Shown here: positions 23,204 through 36,889 of the stretch, piece by piece
How positions within the stretch are numbered: the first letter of the stretch is position 1
How the letters are laid out: each line of letters begins with the position of its first letter
From: Nemertoderma westbladi
Lineage: Eukaryota > Animalia > Xenacoelomorpha
Length of the DNA stretch: 57,255 nucleotides
Direction of reading: 5' to 3'
Assembly (NCBI GenBank): GCA_032718475.1
Contig: JAUCBJ010003491.1
Location: forward strand, 1 to 57,255
Position numbers and translations under genes: made by a program
Notes under the pieces: model-generated
Databases searched by the model: none
The model's input: only the letters and a program-made list of their open reading frames with translations
What the model was told of the DNA's origin: nothing

Positions 23204-26200
23204 ACTGAAATTGGGTCGAACTTCAAGTACTCAATTGGATTTCCCGGTTTAAAAATTGGTTACGAATTGGTATCACCCAGTAAAGAATTTGAGTACCTGG
23301 TTACAAATCAGTATGTTTAGTTATAAATATGAGCACCCTGTCGCAACTTGATGTTCCTGGTTATGATTTGTTATAAATTGTTACAAATCTGAGCACCCAG
23401 TTACTATAGTTACCCAGTTACATATTTAACTGCCCAGTTCCGAAGCCAAATAATCAGTAATAAATCCAAGCACTATGCATGCAGTTCGGCTCCTTTATAG
23501 TTGGGCCCTATAGTTGTATAGGCATAGGCATATAGGTTGTCACAGGGCTCATGAGAATGGCTTCTTACTCACAGGGCTCATGAGAATGGCTTCTTACTCA
23601 CAGGGCTCATGAGAATGGTTTCCCAGCCACAGGGCTCATGAGACTGGATTCTTACTCACAGGGCTCATGAGTCTGGATCTTACTCACAGGGCTCATGAGG
23701 ATGGTTTCCCAACTACATGGCTCAAGAGAATGGCTTCCAAACACCAGGGCTCAAAAGAATGGCTTCCAAACACCAGGGCTCATGAGACTGGATTCTTACT
23801 CACAGGGCTCATGAGAATGGCTTCCCAACCACAGGGCTCATGATAATGGCTTCTTACTCACAGGGCTCATGAGAATGGCTTCTTACCCACAGGGCTCATC
23901 TGAATGGCTTTCCAGCCATAGGGCTCATGAGACTGGATTCTTACTCACAGGGCTCATGAGACTGGATTCTTACTCACAGGGTTCATGAGAATGGGTTCTC
24001 TACTACAGGGCTCAAGAGAATGGCTTCCAAACACCAGGGCTCATGAGACTGGATTCTTACTCACAGGGCTCATGAGAATGGCTTCTTACTCACAGGGCTC
24101 ATGAGAATGGCTTCAGACTCACAGGGCTCATGAGAATGGGTTCCCAACTACAGGGCTCAAGAGAATGGCTTCCAAACACCAGGGCTCATGAGAATGGCTT
24201 CTTATTCACAAGGGTCATAAGAACGACTTCCCAATCACAGGGCTCATGAGAATGGCTTCCCAACCACGGCTCATGAGAATGGCTTCCCAACCACAGGGCT
24301 CATGAGAATGGCTTCTTACTCACAGGGCTCATGAGAATGGCTTCTTACCCACAGGGCTCATCTGAATGGCTTTCCAGCCATAGGGCTCATGAGACTGGAT
24401 TCTTACTCACAGGGCTCATGAGAATGGCTTCCCAACCACAGGGCTCATGATAATGGCTTCTTACTCACAGGGCTCATGAGAATGGCTTCTTACCCACAGG
24501 GCTCATCTGAATGGCTTTCCAGCCATAGGGCTCATGAGACTGGATTCTTACTCACAGGGCTCATGAGACTGGATTCTTACTCACAGGGTTCATGAGAATG
24601 GGTTCTCTACTACAGGGCTCAAGAGAATGGCTTCCAAACACCAGGGCTCATGAGACTGGATTCTTACTCACGGGGCTCATGAGAATGGCTTCTTACTCAC
24701 AGGGCTCATGAGAATGGCTTCAGACTCACAGGGCTCATGAGAATGGGTTCCCAACTACAGGGCTCAAGAGAATGGCTTCCAAACACCAGGGCTCATGAGA
24801 ATGGCTTCTTATTCACAGGGCTCATGAGAATGGCTTCCCAACCACAGGGCTCATGAGAATGGCTTCCCAACCACAGGGCTCATGAGAATGGCTTCCCAAC
24901 CACGGCTCATGAGAATGGCTTCCCAACCACAGGGCTCATGAGAATGGCTTCCCAACCACGGCTCATGAGAATGGTATCCCAACCACAGGGCTCATGAGAA
25001 TGGCTTCCCAATCACAGGGCTCATGAGAATGGCTTCCCAACCACGGCTCATGAGAATGGCTTCCCAACCACAGGGCTCATGAGAATGGCTTCCCAATCAC
25101 AGGGCTCATGAGAATGGCTTTCCAACCACGGCTCATGAGAATGGCTTCCCAACCACAGGGCTCATGAGAATGGCTTCCCAACCACGGCTCATGAGAATGG
25201 CTTCCCAACCACAGGGCTCATGAGAATGGCTTCCCAATCACAGGGCTCATGAGAATGGCTTTCCAACCACGGCTCATGAGAATGGCTTCCCAACCACAGG
25301 GCTCATGAGAATGGCTTCCCAATCACAGGGCTCATGACAATTGCTTCCCAACCACGGCTCATGAGAATGGTATCCCAACCACAGGGATCATGAGAATTGC
25401 TGCTTATTCACATGGCTCATGATAATGGCTTCCCAACCACAGGGCTCATGAGAATGGCTGCTTACTCACAGGGCTCATGAGAATGGCTTCCTAACCACAG
25501 GGTTCATGATAATGGCTACCCAACCACAGGGCTCATGAGAATGGCTGCTTACTCACAGGGCTCATGAAAATGGCTTCCCAACCACAGGGCTCCTGAGAAT
25601 GGCTTCCCAACCACAGGGTTCATGATAATGGCGTCCCTACCACAGGGCTCATGAGAATGGCTTCTTACTTACAGGGTTAATAAGAATGGGTTCCCAACCG
25701 CAATGCTCAAGAGAATGGCTCATGAGAATGGCTTCTTACTCACAGAGCTCATGAGAATGGCACAAGGCTCATAAGAATGGGTTCCCAACCACGGCTCCTG
25801 AGAATGGCTTCCCAACCACGGCTCATGAGAATGGCTTCTTACTCCCAGGGCTCATGAGAATCGCTTCCCAACCATGGCTCATGAGAATGGCTTCTTACTC
25901 CCAGGGCTCATGAGAATGGCTTCCCAACCACAGGGTTCATGATAATGGCGTCCCTACCACAGGGCTCATGAGAATGGCTTCTTACTTACAGGGTTAATAA
26001 GAATGGGTTCCCAACCGCAATGCTCAAGAGAATGGCTCATGAGAATGGCTTCTTACTCACAGAGCTCATGAGAATGGCACAAGGCTCATAAGAATGGGTT
26101 CCCAACCACAGGGCTAAAGAGAATGGCTTCCAAACATCAGGGCTCATGAGAATGGCTTCCCAACCACAGGGCTCATTTGAATGGCTTCTCACTCACAAGG

Positions 26201-29200
26201 CTCATAAGAATGGCTTCTTACTCACAAGGCACATAAGAATGGCTTCCCAACCACAGGGCTCATGAGAATGGCTTCTTACTCACAGGGCTCATGAGAATGG
26301 GTTCCCAACCACAGGACTCAAGAGAATGGCTTTCAAACCCCAGGGCTCATGAGAATGGCTTCTTATTCACAAGGCTCATAAGAAAGGCTTCTTACTCACA
26401 AGGCTCATAAAAATGGCTTCTTACTCACAAGGCTAATAAGAATGGCTTCCCAACCACATGGCTCATGAAGATGCCTGTGTATTCACAGTGCTTATGAGAA
26501 TGGCTTCCAAACCTCAGGGCTCATGATAATGGCTTCCATACCACGGCTCATGAGAATGGCTTCCCAACCACGGCTCATGAGAATGGCTTCTCACTCACAG
26601 GGCTCATGATAATGGCTTCCAAACCACGGTGCTCATGAGAATGGCTTCCAATCCTCAGGGCTCTAGAGAATGGCTTCCAAACCCCAGGGCTCATGAGAAT
26701 GACTTCTTACTCACAAGGCTCATAATAATGTCTTCTTACTCATAAGGCTCATAAGAATGGGTTCCCAACCACGGCTCATGAGAATGGCTTCCCAACCACG
26801 GCTCATGAATATGGCTTCCCAACCACAGGGCTCATGAGAATGGCTGATTACTGATAAGTATCGAAAGAATGGCCTCTTAGTCACAAGGCTCATAAGAATG
26901 GCTTCCCAACCACGGCTCATGAGAATGGCTTCTCAACCACGGCTCATGAGAATGGCTTCCCAACCACAGGGCTCGTGAGAATGGCTCCTCAGGATTCATG
27001 AGAATGGCTTCCCAACCTCAGGGTTCATGAGAATGGCTTCCCAACAACAGGGCTTATGATAATGGTTTTCCAACCACGGCTCATGAGAATGGCTTCCCAA
27101 CCACAGGGCTCATGAGAATGGCTGCTTACTCACAGGGCTCATGAGAATGGCTTCCCAACCACAGGGTTCATGATAATGGCTTCCCAACCACAGGGCTCAT
27201 GAGAATGGCTGCTTACTCACAGGGCTCATGAGAATGGCTTCCCAACCACAGGGCTCATGAGAATGGCTGCTTACTCACAGGGCTCATGAGAATGGCTTCC
27301 CAACCACAGGGCTCATGAGAATGGCTTCCCATCCACAGGGTTCATGATAATGGCTTCCTTACCACAGGGCTCATGAGAATGGCTTCCCAACCTCAGGGTT
27401 CATGAGAATGGCTTCCAAACACCAGGGCTTATGAGAATGGCTTCTTATTCACAAGGCTCATAAGAAAGGCTTCTTACTCACAAGGCTCATAAAAATGGCT
27501 TCTTACTCACAAGGCTAATAAGAATGGCTTCCCAACCACATGGCTCATGAGAATGCCTGTTTATTCACAGTGCTCATGAGAATGGCTTCCAAACCTCAAG
27601 GCTCATGAGAATGACTTCTTACTCACAAGGCTCATAATAATGACTTCTTACTCACAAGGCTCATAAGAATGGGTTCCCAACCACGGCTCATAAGAATGGC
27701 TTCCCAACCACGGCTCATGAGAATGGCTTCTCAACCACGGCTCATGAGTATGGCTTCCCAACCACAGGGCTCGTGAGAATGGCTCCTCAGGGTTCATGAG
27801 AATGGCTTCCCAACCTCAGGGTTCATGAGAATGGCTTCCCAACAACAGGGCTTATGATAATGGTTTCCCAACCACGGCTCATGAGAATGGCTTCCCAACC
27901 ACAGGGCTCATGAGAATGGCTGCTTACTCACAGGGCTCATGAGAATGGCTTCCCAACCGCAGGGTTCATGATAATGGCTTCCCAACCACAGGGCTCATGA
28001 GAATGGCTGCTTACTCACAGGGCTCTTGAGAATGGCTTCCCAACCACAGGGCTCATGAGAATGGCTGCTTACTCACAGGGCTCTTGAGAATGGCTTCCCA
28101 ACCACAGGGCTCATGAGAATGGCTTCCCATCCACAGGGTTCATGATAATGGCTTCCTAACCACAGGGCTCATGATAATGGCTTCCCAACCACAGGGCTCA
28201 TGAGAATGCTTCCCAACCACAGAGTTCATGATAATGGCTTCCCAACCACATGGCTCATGAGAATGGCTGCTTACTCACAGGGCTCATGAGAATGGCTTCC
28301 CAACCACAGGGTTCATGATAATGGCTTCCCAACCACAGGGCTCATGAGAATGGCTGCTTACTCACAGGGCTCATGAGAATGGCTTCCCAACCACAGGGCT
28401 CATGAGAATGGCTTCCCAACCACAGGGTTCATGATAATGGCTTCCTTACCACAGGGCTCATGAGAATGGCTTCCCAACCTCAGGGTTCATGAGAATGGCT
28501 TCCAAACACCAGGGCTTATGAGAATTGCTTCTTATTCACAAATCTCAACAGAATGGCTTCTTATTCACAAGGGTCATAAGAATGACTTCCCAATCACAGG
28601 GCTCATGAGAATGGCTTCCCAACCACAGGGTTCATTATAATGGCTTCCCAACCACAGGGCTCATGAGAATGGCTTCCCAACCACGGCTCATGAGAATGGC
28701 ATCCCAACCACAGGACTCATGATAATGGCTTCCCAACCACAAGGCTCATGAGAATGGCTGCTTACTCACAGGGCTCATGAGAATGGCTTCCCAACCACAG
28801 GGTTCATGATAATGGCTTCCCAACCACAGGGCTCATGAGAATGGCTGCTTATTTATAGGGCTCATGAGAATGGCTTCCCAACCACAGGGCTCATGAGAAT
28901 GGCTTCCCAACCACAGGGTTCATGATAATGGCTTCCCTACCACAGGGCTCATGAGAATGGCTTCTTACTTACAGGGCTCATAAGAATGGGTTCCCAACCA
29001 CAGTGCTCAAGAGAATGGCTTCCAAACCCAAGGGCTCATGAGAATGGCTTCTTACTCACAGAGCTCATGAGAATGGGTTGTTATTTACAAGGCTCATAAG
29101 AATGGGTTCCCAACCACGGCTCCTGAGAGTGGCTTCCCAACCACGGCTCATGAGAATGGCTTATTACTCCTAGGGCTCATGAGAATGGGTTCCCAACCAC

Positions 29201-29597
29201 ATGGCTCAAGAGAATGGCTTCCAAACATCAGGGCTCATGAGAATGGCTTCCCAACCACAGGGCTTATGTGAAAGGCTTCTTACTCACAAGGCTCATCAGA
29301 ATGGCTTCTTACTCACAAGGCTCATAAGAATGGCTTCCCAACCACAGGGCTCATGAGAATGGCTTCTTACTCACAGGGCTCATGAGAATGGGTTCCCAAC
29401 CACAGGGCTCAAGAGAATGGCTTTCAAACCCCAGGGCTCATGAGAATGGCTTCTTATTCACAAGGCTCATTAGAAAGGCTTCTTACTCACAAGGCTCATA
29501 AAAATGGCTTCTTACTCACAAGGCTAATAAGAATGGCTTCCCAACCACAGGGCTCATGAGAATGGCTGTTTATTCACAGATAATATGGTAAGATAAG

Positions 29598-29888
29598 ATG
29601 GGGACAGGTAAAGGGGGTCAAGCTGGGGGTTTGAGTGCGGCCCCAACGGACATTTTTGTCTTTCGGTTGGAAAAGGGAACCAAAGCGTTGGAGTTGATTG
29701 AGAACCTGAAGGCGCATGGTATCAACATTGGAGCGGAGGCCTTGCAACGGAAGTCACCGCAGGACTCAAGGTTAGCCAGCTTTCGTATAACTCTGTCATC
29801 TCGCGACATCGACAAAGCGCTTGAGCCGTCTACTTGGCCTCCTGGGGTGTGCGTGAGGAAGTGGGTCTATGGCGGAAGCCGGAATTAG
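29598..29888 (+). pseudogene. C-terminal part of LINE ORF1
   Basis: DIFVFRL...SFRITL...PSTWPPGVCVRKW is a typical ORF1 C-terminal pattern; it lies directly upstream of ORF2. Confidence 0.75.
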
Positions 29889-29926
29889 GTTATGCCTACG
29901 AGCCATTCGTTCGGTAAACTAAAGCG

Positions 29927-32900
29927 ATGGCTACCGGAACTATTCCAAGTAACGTCAATCGAGCTCTAATATTTTCTGTGTATCTTCCTACAATAGTACA
30001 GGTTTATCACCAGATAAGCTCGAGTTTATTAAAGTTATTTTACTAGGGTCGGATATTGTATGTTTGCAAGAACATTTTGTTCTGCACGATAATATCTATA
30101 GGATTAAGAAAGAGTTTCCCCAGTCTCCGTATCATTGTATTGTCCAGCCTGCTACTTACTGCGATAATGCTGTGCGTGCCGGTAGGCCCTCCGGGGGTTT
30201 GTGTTTCATTATTAAGAATGCAGTGTCTAAGTATGTAAATATTGTTAAAGTTAATAATCCTCGTTTACATGTTATTAGTTTGAACTTACCAAATGCAAAG
30301 CCACTCGTGTTAATTAACTCGTATTTCCCTGTAGATAAAAGAGACAATTTTGTCTCAGATGAGTTGCTCAAGTTATTTTGCGATATTAAAGATATTATAA
30401 ATTCCGTAGACTGTGCCAATGTGTTAATTGCCGGTGATATTAATGCAGATTTCTCCCGTACATCGTCTCATGTACATGCAGTCAGCCAATTTATACAGGA
30501 ATTAAATTTTGGCCGTATGTGGGATATATTCCCTATTGATTTCACTTATACTTGTGTCAGGGAACCGACTATGTTTCATTCTACGTTAGATCACTTTTTT
30601 GGTAATAGTATGTTACTCGACAATGTTGTGGAATCAGATGTGGTACATTCCGGTGCCAATTTATCTTCACACTGGCCAATTTTTATAAAGTTTGATATTG
30701 GTGTTTTAAATATGCCGGCTGGTAATTTAACTGGTAATAGCAGTAATAAATGTCGAGCTAATTTTAAACGAGCCTCATGTGAAAAACAACGTGAGTTTAG
30801 TGCTAAATTAACTGGGGCACTGAATAATTTGGAACCTTTTTCGGACATTTCGTTGTGTAACAATGTTTTTTGCACCGATTGCAGTCATAGAGTAGATATA
30901 GAAAAATACACCATGGATATTCTGGAATCGATTGATAGTAGTTCTAGTTGCCTTGTTAATGGTCGAGGAAACGGGTCTGGGGGTTCATCTGATTCATCCG
31001 ACCGGCCGATTCTGCCAGGCTGGAATGACCATGTTAAACCTTTCAAAGAAGAGGCCATCTTCTGGCACAGTTTATGGGTTTCTGCAGGTTGTCCCAACGT
31101 GTTCCAGAATCCACATTTGTTTCATATGCGGCGGGTTACTCGTTCCCAATATAAGTACGCCGTCCGGCGGTTAAAAGGGTCTGCTGATAAGGTTCGCCGT
31201 GATAAACTCATACAGGCATGCCTTAAGAATAACACGGATATATTTAAGGAAATCAAGAAACTTCGTTCTGTGCCTAGCGGTGCAAGTTCGACTATTGACG
31301 GCTGTTGTGATCCGCAATCCATAGCTGATAGGTTTTCTGATATTTATTCGAATCTTTTTAATCAACCTTATGGTTCCGATGTAGAAAAAATGAACGATAC
31401 AATTTCAGAGAAGCTGAGAGGGTGCTCTACTGATGATTTGCCAAGTATTTCCCCGGAATTGATTTCTGAGGGTCTTCATAGAGTTCAAAGTGTGACGTCA
31501 CATTTGGATTTGATTCTGATTGTTTAATAAATGGACCTCCCGAATTACGTGTACATCTGAGTAAATTATTTAATGTTTTCTTATCACATGGCTACGTTCC
31601 TCAGTTCATATTAATGTGTGTAATCTTTCCACTCATTAAGGACAAGTTGGGCGATCAGAATGTTTCGAATAATTATAGAGCGATTGCACTCTCGTCGCTG
31701 TTGATCAAACTTTTTGAATGGGTAATGCTTCTTTCGCAGTCAGAATGTTTACTATTGGACGAACTGCAGTTCAGTTTTCAGTCAGGTTCTAGTACTTCTC
31801 AATGCACCTGGGCCGCATCTGAGGTCGTGGGGTTCTACTCGACTCGAGGCATTCAACTCCGGTTTATGGCTGTCTACTGGACCTGTCGAAGGCATTCGAC
31901 ATGGTCGAATGGTGCAAGCTGTTTCTTGAACTGTTGGAAAGGGGGGTTTCGGCATTTTTCCTTAGAGTGTTAATATGGATATATAGTAATCAATCCTGCT
32001 GTGTGCGTTGGCAAAATTCTGATTCTAATTCGTCAGTATTTCAAACGGCGTTAGGCAAGGCTCGGTGGCTAGCCCCATTCTGTTCTGTATTTTATTGGAT
32101 AAGCTGATACACAAGCTACGTACTTCGAAAGTTGGGTGTCATATTGGAAAAATTTATCTTGGTATATTAGTCTACGCTGATGATATTTTTCTCCTCTGTC
32201 CGTCTATTACTGGTCTTCAATATATGGTTTCTATTTGCGAGGATTTCGCTAAGGATAATAATCTCGTCTTTAGCACAAACTCTGAACCCGCGAAATCAAA
32301 GTCAAAATGTATTCGTATCGATTCAGTATGGATTGAACCAAGTAATCACATTAATTTAAAAGGTGTTGATCTTCCGTGGGTCAAAGAGGCGTTACATCTA
32401 GGAAATTTAATAGATTATAAGAACACAATGGAGTCTGACATTACACGTAAGCGCGGTCAATTCATAGGAAAACTCAACGCCCTTCGCCAAGAATTTTATT
32501 TTGCAGACCGGTACCAACTGTGTAATATCCAACGTTTATATGCAACGAGTTTTTACGGCAGCAGTTTATGGGACCTGTTTTCTCCACAGTGTACTAGAAT
32601 TTATAGCGCTTGGAACATTAACATTAGGATTATTTTTGGTTTACCTCGATTAACTCACAGATTTATTGTTGAAAATTTAGTCAATTTTATGCATCCCTGT
32701 ATTATGTTACAATCGAGATTTGTGTCATTTAGTTTTAGTTTACTGTCTTCAATTAAACCATCCATTCGTTTTTTGGCTGAATTGTGTTTGTTCGATTGCA
32801 GATCGCGAGCCGGAATTTAAGAAAAATTGGTAATTTGTGCAATTTGCGTAATTTACGGTCATTAACTGTTAAGAATTTAAAGCAATTATCATATGTGCCG

Positions 32901-33032
32901 TGCGGTATTGATAACTTATGGAAGGTCAATTTATGTAAAGAATTAATCAATTGTATCTCAGATAACTGGGAGATCCCTTATTTTTGTACAAACGAGTTAA
33001 ACGATATATTGGAGTATATAGCCACAGTGTAA
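29927..33032 (+). pseudogene. LINE ORF2 (endonuclease-reverse transcriptase), broken by several frameshifts
   Basis: SYN, LQEH, GRPSGG, IAGDINADF, LDHF, NYRAIALSS, DLSKAFD, GVRQG-SPILF and YADD occur in order across different frames. Confidence 0.92.
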
Positions 33033-33713
33033 ACGATTTAATATTATTTTTTATGTATTTGTCTCATATTGGTTGTGCATCTATTCTATTCATGTGCCAT
33101 CATTAATCCTGGTTTGTCGGTTCCTGTTGGCTCTGTATTTACTTACTTTACACTCTATTTGTGCTACCTAGTTATTAGTATACTTTTCTACGCTGTACTT
33201 ATTACTGTGTTAATAACGTACGATATTAAATTAAATAAATAAATAAATAAATAAACAGTGCTCATGAGAATGGCTTCCAAAGCTCAGGGCTCATGATAAT
33301 GGCTTCCCAACCACAGGGCTCATGAGAATGGCTTCCAAATCCGAGGGCTCATGAGAATGACTTCTTACTCACAAGGCTCATAAGAATGGGTTCCCAACCA
33401 CGGCTCATGAGAATGGCTTCCCAACCACGGCTCATGAGAATGGCTTCCAAACCTCAGGGCTCATGAGAATGGCTGATTACTGACAGGGCTCGAGAGAATG
33501 GCCTCTTAGTCACAAGGCTCATAAGAATGGCTTCCAAACCACGGCTCAGGAGAATGGCTTCCCAACCACAGGGCTCGTGAGAATGGCTTCCCAACCTCAG
33601 GGTTCATGAGAATGGCTTCCCAACCTCAGGGTTCATGAGAATGGCTTCCCAACTACAGGGCTTATGATAATGGCTTCCCAGCCACGGCTCATGAGAATGG
33701 CTTCCCAACCACA

Positions 33714-33862
33714 GATAGATAGATAGATAGATATATTTATTTATACATTATGTAAAAACAATAACAAATACACCAAACAATGTAACCGGTATAAAAGGTA
33801 TTGTCCAACATAACATATAGGATTACCCCTAAAGCTTTGCAGCTTATTTCCAAGGGGGTCCT
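33714..33862 (-). mobile_element. Short retroposon 3'-end insertion with (TATC)n tail, antisense
   Basis: Minus strand reads AGGACCCCCTTGG...AGGGGTAATCCT (stem-loop), AATAAA, then (TATC)n. The satellite resumes in register with ACAG on both sides. Confidence 0.75.
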
Positions 33863-35382
33863 TACAGGGCTCATGAGAATGGCTTCCCAACCACGGCTTA
33901 TGATAATGGCTTCCCAACCACGGCTCATGAGAACGGCTTCCCAACAACAGGGCTCATGAGAATGGCTTCCCAACCACAGGGCTCATGAGAATGGCTTCCC
34001 AACCACAGGGCTCATGAGAATGGCTTCCCAACCACAGGGCTCATGAGAATGGCTTCCCAACCACAGGGCTCATGAGAATGGCTTCCCAACCACAGGGCTC
34101 ATGAGAATGGCTTCCCAACCACAGGGCTCATGATAATGGCTTCCCAACCACAGGGCTCATGAGAATGGCTTCCAAATCCGAGGGCTCATGAGAATGACTT
34201 CTTACTCACAAGGCTCATAAGAATGGGTTCCCAACCACGGCTCATGAGAATGGCTTCCCAACCACGGCTCATGAGAATGGCTTCCAAACCTCAGGGCTCA
34301 TGAGAATGGCTGATTACTGACAGGGCTCGAGAGAATGGCCTCTTAGTCACAGGGCTCATGAGAATGGCTTCCCAACCACGGCTTATGATAATGGCTTCCC
34401 AACCACGGCTCATGAGAACGGCTTCCCAACAACAGGGCTCATGAGAATGGCTTCCCAACCACAGGGCTCATGAGAATGGCTTCCCAACCACAGGGCTCAT
34501 GAGAATGGCTTCCCAACCACAGGGCTCATGAGAATGGCTTCCCAACCACAGGGCTCATGAGAATGGCTTCCCAACCACAGGGCTCATGAGAATGGCTTCC
34601 CAACCACCAGGGGCGGTATTCATAAATGTAACTAACTAGGAACTTAGTCCTAGTCACAGCAAGTTAGTAAGTGCTTGTACTAATTCGGTATTTAGAGAAG
34701 TTGGTGCGACTTATTACTAACGTATTTAGTACTAGTTGTTGCTAAACTCGTATTCATAGAATTTAGTCTTACAAGTTAGTATTAGCTGTAACTTACATTT
34801 CTAGTCACATGAAGATGTGACTAAGTTGGTAAGAACGCTTACTTATTGTATATTGGCCTTCATACATACAGTATGGTTAATATGTTACTGACGACTCCGG
34901 CCACATTATACTCTCTCTTGTTTTTCTAGCATTCTCTGTTAATTGCAAATGTGTTGTTGCAGAGAAACTATCAAATGTAATGACATAAACCTTTTTGTTT
35001 TTTAAACATATATCCGATTTAAATTACCAAATTTCAGCTTACATTCTTGAATGGTGAGATTGCGTCCGTTGAAAAATGTGTTTCGCTAAAGAATTCTACC
35101 ATTCGCGAACTTTCGCAAGATGAAAAAGCGGTAGCGTTCCCACTTCATTATTTTCATCTCTATTGCTGAATGTAAATAATGGTATTCGATAATGGTAGCC
35201 AATTGATTTATCGCCTTACTAAAAATAATAATTTTTCACTAAAGTTTTAACAGGAAATCACTAAAATTTCCACTAAAACCTATTAATTAATTATTAATTA
35301 TAAATTATTGCTAAAATGTGGGAAAGGGCAGGTTACAGTGCCACGTTATTCTAACCTAAATAATGAAGGGATTTTATTACAA

Positions 35383-36889
35383 CCCTATAAGCATCAGCAC
35401 GTCAAAAACACGTGGATACGACGTAATTATTCGACGTCAACGTGTTGAAAATGACGTCTTGGCCACGTGTATTTTGGAAGTGTCAAACACGTGTTTGAGC
35501 ACCTCAAACTATGACGTGCTACAGTTTACGTCAAATGACTTGTTAGACACGTGTCAATTACGTCAGCAGACGTCAAATACTACACTGGAACACCACACAA
35601 GCACGTCAAATGACGTGCTATACACGTACTGTAACAATAACAGACGCCAAATTCAAATAACTACACCACACAAGCACTTACGCGTCGCTTTTTACATCGC
35701 TTAGATCCATGACATTAAGATTGAAATTGATTTTACTTTCTTGACGGTGTTTGTTGATACTATAATAAAGAAAAAACATTATTATATAATGTAACCAACG
35801 GACGATAAATTTAATATCCGAATAAATTGTTAATTAACAACTAATAAACACAAATTAAAATAGTACTGATATTATATTTAGCACAAGTTTGATTTGGAAA
35901 TGAATATTAAAATTACAAGATGGAGGGGAAAAAATTATTGGCAAAGATAATAGGGGCGTCTTACTATTTTCAACTATTTAATCTGAAAGTGGTTTCCGAC
36001 TATTTTATACGCTAGAAATCGATTCCGCCGATTCATGTTGTCCAAAAATTTATTCTAATGGGTCAATTTGGCCATTTTCTTGTCATTGGTGGTACTCAGA
36101 GTGCGCAATAGCACCACTCACACCCACCATAAGCATATTACCTTCCTACCCAGTCACACCCACCTCATTACCTTCCTACCCACTCAAACCGACTTCATCA
36201 CCTTCCTACCCACTCACACCCACCTCATTACCTTCCTACCCACTCAAACCCACTTCATTACCTTCCTACCCACTCACACCCACTCCATTACCTTCCTACC
36301 CACTCACACCCACCTCATTACCTTCCTACCCACTCACACCCACCATATTAGCTTCCTATCCACTCACACCCACCATATCACCTTCATACCCACTCACACC
36401 CACCTCATTACCTTCCTACCCACAACACCCACCACATTACCTTCCTATCCTACCCACACGCACCCACCTCATTACTTTCCTACCCACTCACACCCACCAC
36501 CTATATAAATAACTAACTAAAATATACCCACGAACCCACCACTAATATAAATATACTGTACTCATACTGTAGTCAGTCAGTAGGTATAAGTGGTAAGTAG
36601 ATCTGTCATTAAGACGTGCTCAAGACGTAATTTTAGATAATTATTTCCAACATGAAAAGTATCACACAGATACGTGCTGTCTAGACGTGTTCATGACGTC
36701 ATTTTAGGTAATTATATCCACCATGAAAAGTATCACACAGATACGTGCCATCAAGACGTGTTCAAGACGTAATTTTACGTAATTACATCAACCATCAAAA
36801 GTTTGAGTTCTCGCAACAAACATAATTGACGTAAAATGACGTCCACATACCTGTTGAGGTGTAAAAATAGACGTCAAATGCTTATAGGG
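35383..36889. mobile_element. Non-autonomous CMC/EnSpm-like element nested in the previous element
   Basis: Perfect 12-bp TIR CCCTATAAGCAT / ATGCTTATAGGG, 2-bp AA duplication on both sides, dense ACGT-core subterminal repeats at both ends. Confidence 0.8.
36115..36500. repeat. 30-bp C/A-rich minisatellite (CACTCACACCCACCTCATTACCTTCCTACC), ~12 copies
   Basis: Directly visible; it produces the THTHLITFLP repeat ORF. Confidence 0.9.

Larger units (their letters stand above)
29580..33254 (+). mobile_element. 5'-truncated non-LTR retrotransposon (APE endonuclease + RT, CR1/L2-group-like, clade unresolved) inserted in the 29-bp satellite
   Basis: ORF1 tail, ORF2 with endonuclease and RT motifs, 3' UTR and (TAAA)n tail. 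ACAG is present on both sides (29576-29579, 33255-33258). Confidence 0.93.
23541..34607. repeat. 29-bp satellite (CACAGGGCTCATGAGAATGGCTTCCCAAC; 27-bp and CTTACT variants), ~7 kb net, interrupted by two retroelement insertions
   Basis: Directly visible periodicity with an internal CTCATGAG palindrome; duplicated blocks of variant monomers. Confidence 0.97.

Noticed and set aside
29927-33032. Active RT, or prokaryotic retron/DGR system next to repeats
   Set aside because: It is an APE-type eukaryotic LINE ORF2 with several frameshifts and a truncated ORF1.
23541-34607. RUNX (AACCACA) and Su(H)-like (CATGAGAA) site array in the satellite
   Set aside because: Short motifs repeated only because the monomer is repeated; the RUNX word is often lost in variants.
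36068-36508. His/Thr-rich repeat protein
   Set aside because: Translation of the 30-bp minisatellite inside a TIR element; non-ATG start.
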